64,000 bases of DNA from a bacterium (GCA_018672055.1 JABHGM010000001.1:200884-264883); one strand, 5' to 3'; shown: positions 29,282-41,918, numbered from the stretch's first letter. The notes: generated from the letters alone by a model not told the origin. Numbers and translations: made by a program.

Positions 29282-29801
29282 TGACTTTACTCACCTATTT
29301 GCTAAAGTATATGGGTAAGAGAGACGGCTGTATAACATGCGCCGTCGCATAGTTATTTAATAATAACTACTTATAGTTAAAATAGACTAAACTCATGCGC
29401 CGTCGGTGTATCCGACTAAAAACAGAAACTTAATTAAATGTTAATTAAAAAAATATGTTTAGTTTAAAGCTTAAAAATTGGTTTTTTAGGAAAATAATTA
29501 AAAAAATCTTAAATAATCGTTCCATTTATGGATTATAGTATAAAGAAATGTAAGTTATTTACTTACATTAAACAAAAACATTATTTTAATAGAATGATTA
29601 GAGATATTAATACTAATTTTGGCAAACCAAAATCCGCATCAACTAATGTATCTGCGGAATTTGGCGAAAAGCGATTTTGAGGCATAAGCCTCGATTAGTA
29701 TTATATAAAATACATGGGTCTTGTCAAGCTTGTCTGATATAAGGGTTGCTTAATTAATAATTAGTCATTATTTAATGACTTAAACGAAAGGCAATAATTA
29801 T

Positions 29802-31757
29802 ATGGACGTTAATAAAGTTATCTTATTGGGTAGATTAGTAAAAGACCCAGTTAAAAAAGCATTAGCTTCAGGTCATGAAATATCTATTTTTTCTTTGGCT
29901 ACCAATTATCTTTATAAAGATGAAAAAGGTCAAAAAAAAGAATTTATTGAATTATTTAATCAGAGCTATACTACCATTGATCTTTTGGGATGGAGTGTTC
30001 AAGATAATTCATCACGAATTTTTGTAATTGAAGAAGGCTTATTTACTTCAACAGAGATATCACCTGGTAGTTATTTTACTATTACTTCAGAAATATCTGG
30101 TATTGGCTTAAATAATTCAGGAGGTGATCAAGTTATACTATATTCTCCAAGCGGTAATCAATTAGATCAGATAGCATACACGGCTTCTGCTTTGGAGAAT
30201 AAATCATATGCTAGAAAAACAAATAATGAATGGGCTTGGACAGGTGAACCAACGCCTGGTAGTTTAAATACCTTTTTAGCTAATCTAGCTCCTGAAGCTG
30301 ATTTTGAAATAAATGGTAGTAGTTTTAATTTAAATCAAATTGTTGAGTTTGATGCTACATCATCATTTGATCCAGATAATGATACCTTGTCATATTCATG
30401 GAATTTTGGAGATGGTTCATATGGTGATGAAATAAATGAAGCTCATTCATATGATACATCCGGGGTATATAATATTATATTAGAAGTAAGTGATAGCTTT
30501 GGTTTAAGTGATTTAAAAACTAAGCAGATTACTATTTTAGAAAGTGAAGTAGAGGTAATAGATTTAGATATTGAAATGCCTCAAGGCTTAAGAATTAATG
30601 AGTTCATGGTAAATCCAGAAGGCTCAGACGATATGGAATGGGTAGAAATTTTTAATAATTCATCTGAAATAATTGATTTATCTAACTTTAAATTAGATGA
30701 TATGGATGGTGGTAGTAGACCATTTGCTTTAGTGGATTTAGCTATTCAACCTTTTAGTTATTTATTAATTAATAGGTCAGATTCTTCTTTAGCTCTAAAT
30801 AATACTACTGATAGTGTTAGATTTTTAGACTTAAATGATAATCTCTTAGAAGAAGTATCATATGACAATGTTAAAGAAGCTAACGCCTTTGCTTATTCAG
30901 AAATATTAAATAATTGGTTTTGGACAGAAACACCAAGTCCAGGAGAATATAATAGATTAGAAGCTCTTGAGAGCTTAGAAATAAGCGGATATGAGGCAGA
31001 TAATAGTAATTATGTATATTCTACTATCTCTGAAGTAAAAGACTTGGAAAAGGGAGATTATGTTATTACTTCGGGTATAGTTACTGCTCCGCCAAATGTC
31101 TTAGGTAAAAAAGTATTTTATATCTCAGAGTATGATAATTTAACTCAAGAAGTTTATTTATCAAGTGGTATTGAAATATATTCTTCACGAAGCGACTTCC
31201 CTGATTTAAGAGTTGGTGACATTATTGAATTAGATGGTAAGGTATCTGTGGTATCAGATAAGAAAAGAATCAATTTACAAAAGGATAGCTTTATAAATAT
31301 ATTAGGTAATAATGAATTAAGTGAAGTTGAATTAATAGGTACTGGTGATTTAACTGATGAATTAATTGGTTCTTTAATTAAAGTATCAGGTGAATTAGTT
31401 TCTAAGAAGAGTAGTAACTATTATTTAGATGATGGTTCAGGTGAGATAAAGATATATATAAAAAAGGATACAGGTATTTTAAAACCTAAAACAGAGGTGG
31501 GACATATATTAGAAGTAGCTGGTATTTTAGATTTAACTAAAACAGGTTACAGATTACTACCTAGATTTAATGAAGATATTAATGTTGGTGAAGTTTTAGG
31601 AGAAGCTTATGAGCTAAGTGATGAAGTTATTGACATAGAAAGTACAGATGAAAAAAATAAAGTAATTAAATTACTTATATATATTTTAATAAGTTCAGTT
31701 GTTGTTATGCTTAGCTTATTTATCAAATATAAATATTTAAATAAGAGTAAGGTATAA
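29802..31757 (+). CDS. Cell-surface protein: SSB-like N-terminal segment + lamin-tail domain (LTD) + PKD domain + LTD + beta-rich region + C-terminal TM anchor
   Basis: Residues 3-50 (NKVILLGRLVKDPVKK...SIFSLATN...GQKKEF) align with the SSB OB-fold N-terminus. LTD signatures EFIELFN..IDLLGW..LNNSGGDQVILYSPSGN..DQIAY and EWVEIFNNS..IDLSNFKL..LNNTTDSVRFLD..VSYD. PKD signature SYSWNFGDGS. Terminal hydrophobic segment ILISSVVVMLSLFI. Confidence 0.7.
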   Translation: MDVNKVILLGRLVKDPVKKALASGHEISIFSLATNYLYKDEKGQKKEFIELFNQSYTTIDLLGWSVQDNSSRIFVIEEGLFTSTEISPGSYFTITSEISGIGLNNSGGDQVILYSPSGNQLDQIAYTASALENKSYARKTNNEWAWTGEPTPGSLNTFLANLAPEADFEINGSSFNLNQIVEFDATSSFDPDNDTLSYSWNFGDGSYGDEINEAHSYDTSGVYNIILEVSDSFGLSDLKTKQITILESEVEVIDLDIEMPQGLRINEFMVNPEGSDDMEWVEIFNNSSEIIDLSNFKLDDMDGGSRPFALVDLAIQPFSYLLINRSDSSLALNNTTDSVRFLDLNDNLLEEVSYDNVKEANAFAYSEILNNWFWTETPSPGEYNRLEALESLEISGYEADNSNYVYSTISEVKDLEKGDYVITSGIVTAPPNVLGKKVFYISEYDNLTQEVYLSSGIEIYSSRSDFPDLRVGDIIELDGKVSVVSDKKRINLQKDSFINILGNNELSEVELIGTGDLTDELIGSLIKVSGELVSKKSSNYYLDDGSGEIKIYIKKDTGILKPKTEVGHILEVAGILDLTKTGYRLLPRFNEDINVGEVLGEAYELSDEVIDIESTDEKNKVIKLLIYILISSVVVMLSLFIKYKYLNKSKV

Positions 31758-31995
31758 AATGCTTGTAAAATAAATCACACTCCTGAATCCAAGATGGAAG
31801 CAAGAGTGTGATTATAAAAAGGGAAATACTTTCTTCTAAGTAACACCGCTTCGGTGCTAAGTTTTTGTTAGTAAAAAGTATTAGTTATATATTAAATAAA
31901 TTTTTATCCACTGTCAATCAAGAAGTTATCCACATATTTGTTATTTAGTTATATTAGTTGACTTTTTCTTTATTATAGAGTATTAATGTATGTAT

Positions 31996-32080
31996 GCCGG
32001 GGTGGTGAAATTGGTAGACACGCGTGGTTTAGGACCACGTACCGCAAGGTGTGGGGGTTCAAGTCCTCTCCCCGGCACCA
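31996..32080 (+). tRNA. tRNA-Leu (anticodon TAG), CCA encoded
   Basis: GCCGGGGTGGTGAAATTGGTAGACACGCGTGGTTTAGGACCACG...TTCAAGTCC...CCCCGGCACCA. Preceded by TTGACT-N17-ATTAAT. Confidence 0.85.
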
Positions 32081-32166
32081 TATATATTATAAATAGAATT
32101 TACCATATTAACTTATGGTTTTTTGATATAAAAAAATCCTTGCTACATAAGCAAGGATTTAAGTAA

Positions 32167-32622
32167 TTAAGCATCTCCTAAATCTCCTGAAGAGAAGGTA
32201 AGTTCTTCAAATTTAACTTCAGGGTCTTTTAGATCATCAACTAATTTTTCAGTTATTGATCCATTATCATCATTTTTATTTTCAGGAAAATGAAAGCCAA
32301 AAGATATATGTTTTCCATTTAGACTCTGTAAGAGACTACAATCTTCAGCATTTTCATTTATTTTAGGAATAGCTGCGAATATCATGTAGAACATTGTACA
32401 TAATATTTCAGTCTCATTAATTGATATTTTATCTAACAGACTTGAAGTTTTGATTTGAGATTCAAGGATATTTCTATCGCGTTCATCTAAATTAAGACCT
32501 TCAATTAATATTAAGGCAACCTCTTTAGAATCAAATGGTCCAAGCTTGATTTTATTACTGATTAACCAACCTTTTTTGTTTTTTGATTCTTTAAATGTGT
32601 ATCCCAATTTTTCTCCTTTCAC
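32167..32622 (-). CDS. Hypothetical protein, paralog 1 of a three-member small-protein family
   Basis: 151 aa with N-terminus ...GYTFKESKNKKGWLISNKIKLGPFDSKEVAL. Its own terminator lies at 32128-32160. Confidence 0.5.
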   Translation of the reverse strand: MKGEKLGYTFKESKNKKGWLISNKIKLGPFDSKEVALILIEGLNLDERDRNILESQIKTSSLLDKISINETEILCTMFYMIFAAIPKINENAEDCSLLQSLNGKHISFGFHFPENKNDDNGSITEKLVDDLKDPEVKFEELTFSSGDLGDA

Positions 32623-32759
32623 TATTTTACTTTACATAACACATTATAATTACAATATCTAGAGTTTTAAGTCAAGGGTTAGAATTAATTTATTAAATAA
32701 GTGTTGTATAAAAAATCCCATCAACTTAGTGTCTGATGGGATTAATACCTTATTTGGTT

Positions 32760-33071
32760 TTAATGTGACAGAGTGTTAAATAGAAGAGGAAGCTGTCCTT
32801 TACAAATAGGAGTGCGCATATCTGAAGTTACCGAATCATCTTTTTTATCTAGACCATTATTGATAATCCAATGTATCACTTTACTTACTTTATGTGCAAG
32901 CACACTTCCGGGTATAACACCTTTTTTATCACGAAAGAAAACATATAATTGATCTTGCGATTTAAATGGACCAAATTTGGTTTCCTTAATTGTGATATAA
33001 ACGCATATACCATCAATTTCGAAATTTTCCGAATCGACTTCAACTTTCCATCCTGAAAAGTTCTTTTCCAT
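32760..33071 (-). CDS. Hypothetical protein, paralog 2
   Basis: 103 aa with ...GWKVEV...ITIKETKFGPFKSQDQLYVF. Its own terminator lies at 32709-32743. Confidence 0.5.
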   Translation of the reverse strand: MEKNFSGWKVEVDSENFEIDGICVYITIKETKFGPFKSQDQLYVFFRDKKGVIPGSVLAHKVSKVIHWIINNGLDKKDDSVTSDMRTPICKGQLPLLFNTLSH

Positions 33072-33172
33072 CTCTGTACTCCTTCTTTTTTATTTACTTT
33101 AACAAGTTATTTCTAACATATATTCGTTATTTTGTCAAGATAAAAAAATCTCCGTCTTATGACGAAGATTTA

Positions 33173-33514
33173 TTAAGCATATCCAAAGGGGGCATTAATA
33201 TTTGTTTGATCAGCTTGTTCAATCCTGTGATTAAGGTTGATAAGAATTTTAAGATTATCTACTTTATGCAGAACTATTATTAATGACATATCCCAGGCAG
33301 GCCTACGTAGCAAAAGAGATGATTTACGAATGATTTTTAAGAGAGAAGTAACTGATTCGCTATCTAAGTTATGGACATATTTAATACTTTCTAATAAAAC
33401 CATACGGGAAGTTTCTTTTGAAAAGAATGGGCCAAGAATGCTTTTTTCGCTTTTAAAATAACCAACTGGAACATTACTTTGCATTCCTACGTAAAAATTC
33501 ATTATTTCCTCCAT
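33173..33514 (-). CDS. Hypothetical protein, paralog 3
   Basis: 113 aa with ...VGYFKSEKSILGPFFSKETSRMVL. Its own terminator lies at 33142-33170. Confidence 0.5.
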   Translation of the reverse strand: MEEIMNFYVGMQSNVPVGYFKSEKSILGPFFSKETSRMVLLESIKYVHNLDSESVTSLLKIIRKSSLLLRRPAWDMSLIIVLHKVDNLKILINLNHRIEQADQTNINAPFGYA

Positions 33515-33567
33515 TTTTTGTATTATTATATAGAATTTACCCTATTATTTATAGGGTGTCAATACAT

Positions 33568-33596
33568 TTGACATATATTTGGTAATAGTATATAAT
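33568..33596 (+). promoter_or_regulatory. rRNA operon promoter (perfect consensus)
   Basis: TTGACA at 33568-73, a 17-nt spacer, and TATAAT at 33591-96, with an AT-rich UP-like region upstream. About 265 nt before the mature 23S 5' end. Confidence 0.6.
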
Positions 33597-33863
33597 TCAC
33601 TAGCTGAAATTGGGAAGGTGGTTTTTCCACATATAGCCCACATATAAGCTAAAATATCAATAAAATTAATGAAAGTATTTAGAAAATCTATAAAGAATAA
33701 ACTAGATAACTCAAGCGGATAATTTTTGGTGTTTTTGCTGAAAATTGCATGTCTGCTTGAAGAGCAGATTTTTTGATACTTAAATGTACTTTGAAAACAT
33801 AGGTGAAAAGAGCATCTTAATAAAAATATAGAACTATAATAAATAGTTCTCTTGTAATTTGGT

Positions 33864-37003
<3,140 letters not shown>

Positions 37004-37186
37004 ATCAAATTATGAGAGAATTATTTTGTTCTTTTCACCCAATTGTGATATACTATTTTAAACTTTATGAATGATTTAAAAGGTAGTATAAAACTTATAT
37101 CCATTTTCATTATATTTGTAATATTAATTGTTTCAATTTTGCTTTTAGCGCCTGAAACAATTAAATTGTAAAAAAAGTGATAGTAT

Positions 37187-37294
37187 CTTGGTGATCCTTG
37201 CGAGTTGGCTACACCCGTTCCCATCCCGAACACGGCAGTTAAGCAACTCAGCTCCGATGGTAGTGCAGCTTATGCTGTGCAAGAGTAGGTCGTC
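37187..37294 (+). rRNA. rrf: 5S ribosomal RNA
   Basis: CCCGTTCCCATCCCGAACACGGCAGTTAAGC...CCGATGGTAGTG...GAGTAGGTCGTCGCCAAGG, with pairing of the 5' and 3' ends. Confidence 0.85.
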
Positions 37295-37302
37295 GCCAAG
37301 GT

Positions 37303-37340
37303 TCTGTCACTTTTTTGATACCCCTATATTTAGTAGGGGT
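37303..37340 (+). terminator. rRNA operon terminator
   Basis: atacccct-atatttagt-aggggtat hairpin followed by TTTTTTG. Confidence 0.65.
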
Positions 37341-37421
37341 ATTTTTTGTTTACTTGACTACATAGTATGATATGGTATGATAATATATGTAGATTAAATA
37401 ACCCTAATATTAGTAAAATAT

Positions 37422-37826
37422 ATGGATTGGCCTACATTTGATAAGGAAATTGATCAATTAATTAGTAAAATAGATATTAAACCGGATCTAATAATTGGCA
37501 TTGCTCGTGGTGGAGTTATTCCAGCTGTGGCTGTGGCTAATAGATTAGGTATAGAGCAATTTCATGCTCTTAAAGTTATAAGGAATGGCGATAAGCGAGA
37601 AATAATAACTAAAGTTACTGAGATTATTGAGGGTAAAGTAGTTCTACTAGTTGATGATATGTTAGAGAGCGGTAAAGGCTCAAAACTTGCTAAGGAATAT
37701 CTAGAAGATAAAGGAGCTAAAGTAGTCGTGGCCTGTTTCTATGTAATGCCAGAGACTAAGCAAGAAATAGTTCCTGATTACTTCTTAAAAACTGTTGATG
37801 AGATTATTAAGTTTCCTTGGGAATAA
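37422..37826 (+). CDS. Type I phosphoribosyltransferase (purine PRTase-like)
   Basis: 134 aa with the PRPP-binding motif VVLLVDDMLESGKG. Confidence 0.6.
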   Translation: MDWPTFDKEIDQLISKIDIKPDLIIGIARGGVIPAVAVANRLGIEQFHALKVIRNGDKREIITKVTEIIEGKVVLLVDDMLESGKGSKLAKEYLEDKGAKVVVACFYVMPETKQEIVPDYFLKTVDEIIKFPWE

Positions 37827-37865
37827 TAATTTGACATATAATTATATTTATATAAGATAGAATAT

Positions 37866-38711
37866 ATGGCTAGAAAAAGGCTAACAATTACTATAAAAGA
37901 TGAATTATTAGATTTACTTGATAATACTATTGATGGATCTAAAATAAGGAATCGCTCACATGCTTTTGAGTATTTATTAACTAAATATTTAATTCCAGAA
38001 GCAACACGTGTTTTAGTCTTAACCGGTGGTAATGGTATTAAGCTTAGACCTATAACTTACGAAATACCTAAGTGTTTAATTCCTATACATGATAAGCCAT
38101 TAGTAGAATATACATTTGAGAATTTAAAGAAATCAAATTTAACTGATATTACTCTTTCTACGGGTAGACTAGGTGATAAGATTGAAAAACAATTTGGAGA
38201 TGGCAGTTTATATAATTTAGATATAAAATATAAAAAGGTTGATAAGAAAAATCCTGGTACTTCATATCCTGTATACCAGACTAAGAATGATTTTTCTGAC
38301 AAACCTTTTGTTTTAATATATGGTGATGTTTTAGCTGATATTGATTATTTAGATCTGATCGAATATCATAAGAGCCATAGAGGCATTGCTACCATAGCCT
38401 TAGCTTCAGTAGAAAAACCTTCAGAGTGGGGTGTAGTTGATATGAAAGGTAATCGTATTGTTAGATTTACTGAGAAGCCAAATAAAAAAGTAAAATCACA
38501 TTTAATAAACGCTGGTATCTATGTTTTAGATCCTAGTGTTTTTAAATATATAAAAAAAGATCATAAAATGTTAGAGAAGGATCTTTTCCCACGACTAGCT
38601 CAAGAAGGAAAACTATATGGTTATCCTTTTGAAGGTCAATGGTTTGATGTCGGCACACCTGAAATATATGAAGAAGTACTAAAGAAATGGAAAGGTTTTA
38701 AGAATAAATAA
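37866..38711 (+). CDS. Sugar-1-phosphate nucleotidyltransferase (RmlA/GlmU-like NTP_transferase) with N-terminal ribbon-helix-helix (CopG-like) extension
   Basis: Residues 1-45, MARKRLTITIKDELLDLLDNTIDGSKIRNRSHAFEYLL, show the beta-alpha-alpha RHH pattern. This is followed by LTGGNGIKLRPIT (GGxGxRL) and downstream nucleotidyltransferase motifs. Confidence 0.65.
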   Translation: MARKRLTITIKDELLDLLDNTIDGSKIRNRSHAFEYLLTKYLIPEATRVLVLTGGNGIKLRPITYEIPKCLIPIHDKPLVEYTFENLKKSNLTDITLSTGRLGDKIEKQFGDGSLYNLDIKYKKVDKKNPGTSYPVYQTKNDFSDKPFVLIYGDVLADIDYLDLIEYHKSHRGIATIALASVEKPSEWGVVDMKGNRIVRFTEKPNKKVKSHLINAGIYVLDPSVFKYIKKDHKMLEKDLFPRLAQEGKLYGYPFEGQWFDVGTPEIYEEVLKKWKGFKNK

Positions 38712-38761
38712 TATAAATAAGTATAGAACATTTAAAATCTAATAAAGGAGAGAGAATACAG

Positions 38762-39829
38762 ATGTTTGAAATAGCAGTTGGAAATATTATAGAAATGGAT
38801 ATAATCGGTGATCTTAAAGTGGAGGAAACTTACCCATCAAATAATAGAGTCTCTTTTTCAGCAAGGAAACAAGATGGCAGCAAGAAATTATATGTTTTTA
38901 AGGGATTCCCACTTAAACATTTGGAAGGAGATGATGGTTTAACTCATGAGGAGATTGATTTAATAAAAATGAAGATTGATGAATATCAAAAGTTATTGAA
39001 GAACGCAGGCGTTAGTGTTATTGAGGATATTGGATTTATTTCACGAACTCATGGCGATGGATCTTTATTTCAATGGCAATATGAACCTTTTGCTGGTAAG
39101 TCAATTGAATATATTATAAAGAATTATAGAAGAGAGGTGGTTTTACGAGCTATTAAAACAGTTTGGAAAACAATAATTGAACCTCTATTTAATACTTATA
39201 GTATTGAAAGTAATCCATTAGAACTCAGTGTTGGTCTTGATTTGATTCCAAGGAATATGACATATATAAAGAAGGAAGGTAACAGTTCTATTGATATTAC
39301 TTATGTTGATTTATTTCCACCTAAGATAACATTAGCTACTGGAATTGAAAGAAAGTATAAACATATCTTAGAACATCCAGAACCAACTGACAGAGTAGTG
39401 AGAGATTTAGCTATTTTTCGTGGTTTTAATATGATAGGTATAATTATAGCTTTCTGGACACATTTGTCTCGTATCAGACCTGAATTAACATTAGATTTTT
39501 ATAAGTTGTTTAAAAGACTTATTAAAGATTTTGATGTAGAACACAAAGGTTTAGGTTTGGGTTTAGAAGTTGATGAATATACTTTGAATAACGATTTATC
39601 AATTGGTGGTAAAAGTCATGATGAAATAAGTGAAATAATTGATGATTGGAAATTCAAAGATATATTTAGATTAAGAATGTTAGCTTGCGCGATATCATTT
39701 CATAGCAAGGCGGACACAGAAAAGCTAACCAAAAAAGTCTTTGAATTAAGTCATTTTCAAACAAATCGTTTGACCCATGAACAGATTCTGGAAATAAAAA
39801 AAGTCATTCTTGAAATGACAAATATCTAA
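38762..39829 (+). CDS. Hypothetical protein (355 aa); no family recognised
   Basis: Good coding statistics, an SD-like AAAGGAG upstream, and a terminator at 39836-39865. Kinase-like hints (YVFKG, THGDG) are weak and not order-consistent. Confidence 0.4.
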   Translation: MFEIAVGNIIEMDIIGDLKVEETYPSNNRVSFSARKQDGSKKLYVFKGFPLKHLEGDDGLTHEEIDLIKMKIDEYQKLLKNAGVSVIEDIGFISRTHGDGSLFQWQYEPFAGKSIEYIIKNYRREVVLRAIKTVWKTIIEPLFNTYSIESNPLELSVGLDLIPRNMTYIKKEGNSSIDITYVDLFPPKITLATGIERKYKHILEHPEPTDRVVRDLAIFRGFNMIGIIIAFWTHLSRIRPELTLDFYKLFKRLIKDFDVEHKGLGLGLEVDEYTLNNDLSIGGKSHDEISEIIDDWKFKDIFRLRMLACAISFHSKADTEKLTKKVFELSHFQTNRLTHEQILEIKKVILEMTNI

Positions 39830-39863
39830 TTAGATTCTAAGGGAGTTCCAAGAACTCCCTTTT

Positions 39864-41003
39864 TTATTTACCTAATATTTTCATTTGTAGTTTTTGATAT
39901 TTTTTATTATTAAAATCTTTACTATTTAGAATCTTTGAAATATATTTCATATATTTTTTAGAAGGCCACATTAATCGTTTATCAAAGTATGAAGCATCCA
40001 TTTTTTTAGGTTTGTCAAAAAAGTTATTTAAATCAATATGATTTGTAACAAATTTATTTTTTTTACACTCAATTACTACAGCTTGACCTATCTTATCTTT
40101 AGATACTAATTTTATACCCATTTCCCCAACCTTTATACCTATTTGCTTATCTGTTTCAATCGGTGGTCCTGTTTGAAGAGAGTTCATTGGAACTATTGTT
40201 TTTGTATTATAACCAAGTTTTTTCTCAATTTGATTTTGTAGTGATAAGCCAATAAATTCTTTACGCTTTGTGTTGAAGCCATCTGTTTGTTTATCAGACA
40301 ATCCTTTTAAGCCCTTTATATTTGCTTCTTTTGACATAGCTATAACACAGTATCCATTCTTTTTATATTTCTTCTTAATTAAATTTAATAATTTTTTTAA
40401 ATCAAACTGCCATTCAGGTGGAATAATTATGTCAGCGCCACCTACAGCACTTGAACATGTTAGCCAGCCAGACTTTGCACCCATTACTTCTATAATAAAA
40501 ACTCTGCCATAAGCATAGGCAGCGTCTTCTCTTACTTCATCTATTAATTTTGCTGTATAATGTGCAGCCGAGGGAAAGCCTGGAGAAAAATATGTATGAG
40601 GCAAATCGTTATCAATTGTCTTTGGTAAACCTATGACTGGAATATCTTCTTCATGATATAACTTTGCGGCTGTACTTAGCGTATCATCCCCACCAATTGC
40701 AATAATACAATCTATTTTATTATTAGAAATACTTTTTTTAACTTTTTTAATACCATCCTTTATTTTAAATGGATTTGTTCTTGATGTTTTTAATATTGTA
40801 CCACCTCTATTTTTTAATTGATCAATATCTATCTTTGTTAGATCAATTATTTTATTATTTTCTAATAAAGAATTCCAACCACCAATACCACCAAGTATTT
40901 TGTAGTTGCACTTCTTTGCCATTTTTATAACCCCATATAGAGTAGGGTTAAGCGCAGAAGTTAAGCCTCCGCTGGTTAATACTAATATTGTTTTTTTATA
41001 CAT
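39864..41003 (-). CDS. pfkA: 6-phosphofructokinase (ATP- or PPi-dependent PFK family)
   Basis: LTSGGLTSALNPTLYGVI at the N-terminus, and IAIGGDDTLSTA, PKTIDNDL and MGAKSGWL motifs. Confidence 0.8.
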   Translation of the reverse strand: MYKKTILVLTSGGLTSALNPTLYGVIKMAKKCNYKILGGIGGWNSLLENNKIIDLTKIDIDQLKNRGGTILKTSRTNPFKIKDGIKKVKKSISNNKIDCIIAIGGDDTLSTAAKLYHEEDIPVIGLPKTIDNDLPHTYFSPGFPSAAHYTAKLIDEVREDAAYAYGRVFIIEVMGAKSGWLTCSSAVGGADIIIPPEWQFDLKKLLNLIKKKYKKNGYCVIAMSKEANIKGLKGLSDKQTDGFNTKRKEFIGLSLQNQIEKKLGYNTKTIVPMNSLQTGPPIETDKQIGIKVGEMGIKLVSKDKIGQAVVIECKKNKFVTNHIDLNNFFDKPKKMDASYFDKRLMWPSKKYMKYISKILNSKDFNNKKYQKLQMKILGK

Positions 41004-41189
41004 AATTGCTATAAATTGTAATATTAATTTAACTTTAAGTCAAATCTAATGAAAAATTAATGACGTTTATATATCTCCTATTTAGCTAATATTAGTATAA
41101 TAATAAAGTTATGCACATATTTTGTAGATAATATATTGACATTATTCACCATTTAGATATAATAGATTTGTTATATATAATACATTTTT

Positions 41190-41918
41190 ATGACTATTAC
41201 ACCAATATTAAAAAAGTTTGGTTTAAATGATAAAGAGATTAAGATTTATTTGACTTTGCTTAAATTAGGACCTACATCAGTTAGGAAAATTGCTGAAAAA
41301 TCAGGAATAAATCGAGGAACTAGCTATGATGTTTTAAAGAATTTAAGAACACTTGGACTTGTAACCTATTATCATAAAGCTACTAAACAGTTTTTTGTAG
41401 CTGAAGACCCTCATAAGTTATTAGAAGCAACTGATAGTAAAATTGGTAATTTAAATGAGGTTAAGAAAAAACTTAATAAGATTATTCCAGAGCTTAAGTC
41501 TTTGCATGATAGCGCTGATAATAAACCAGTTGTTAAATATTATGAAGGACTAAGTGGAGTAAGAACGATTTTACAGGATGTTTTAGAATCTACTAATAAA
41601 GAATATTTTGTATTTTCTTCTACAAGCATAAGTCCTTATTTATATAAAGCATTTCCTTCATTTACTAAACAAAGAATTAAAAAAAATATTAAAGTAAAAG
41701 TTATATCAATTGGAGCAGGTGGAGAGCTAGCTAAGTTATCTGAAAGAAAATGGCTTTCTAAAAAAGAAGGGACTCCTACATATATATTAATTTATTCAAA
41801 TAAAGTTGCTATGATTTCTATTAATCAAGATAACAAACCGCTTGGCTTAATCACTGAAGATAAATCATTATATCATACTCAACTTCAATTATTTAATTAC
41901 ATTTGGCAAACATTATAA
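41190..41918 (+). CDS. TrmB-family sugar-responsive transcriptional regulator
   Basis: N-terminal wHTH (FGLNDKEIKIYLTLLKLGPTSVRKIAEKSGINRGTSYDVLKNL) plus a C-terminal effector domain. Confidence 0.65.
   Translation: MTITPILKKFGLNDKEIKIYLTLLKLGPTSVRKIAEKSGINRGTSYDVLKNLRTLGLVTYYHKATKQFFVAEDPHKLLEATDSKIGNLNEVKKKLNKIIPELKSLHDSADNKPVVKYYEGLSGVRTILQDVLESTNKEYFVFSSTSISPYLYKAFPSFTKQRIKKNIKVKVISIGAGGELAKLSERKWLSKKEGTPTYILIYSNKVAMISINQDNKPLGLITEDKSLYHTQLQLFNYIWQTL

Noticed and set aside
37021-37370. ORFs 37021..37233 (-) and 37188..37370 (+)
   Set aside because: They overlap the 23S-5S spacer, the 5S rRNA and the operon terminator.
38762-39829. Calling this protein an aminoglycoside/choline-kinase-like (LicA-like) partner of the nucleotidyltransferase
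   Set aside because: The candidate HGD and D-x-F motifs are ~90 residues apart and in the wrong spacing for APH/ePK folds; left as hypothetical.
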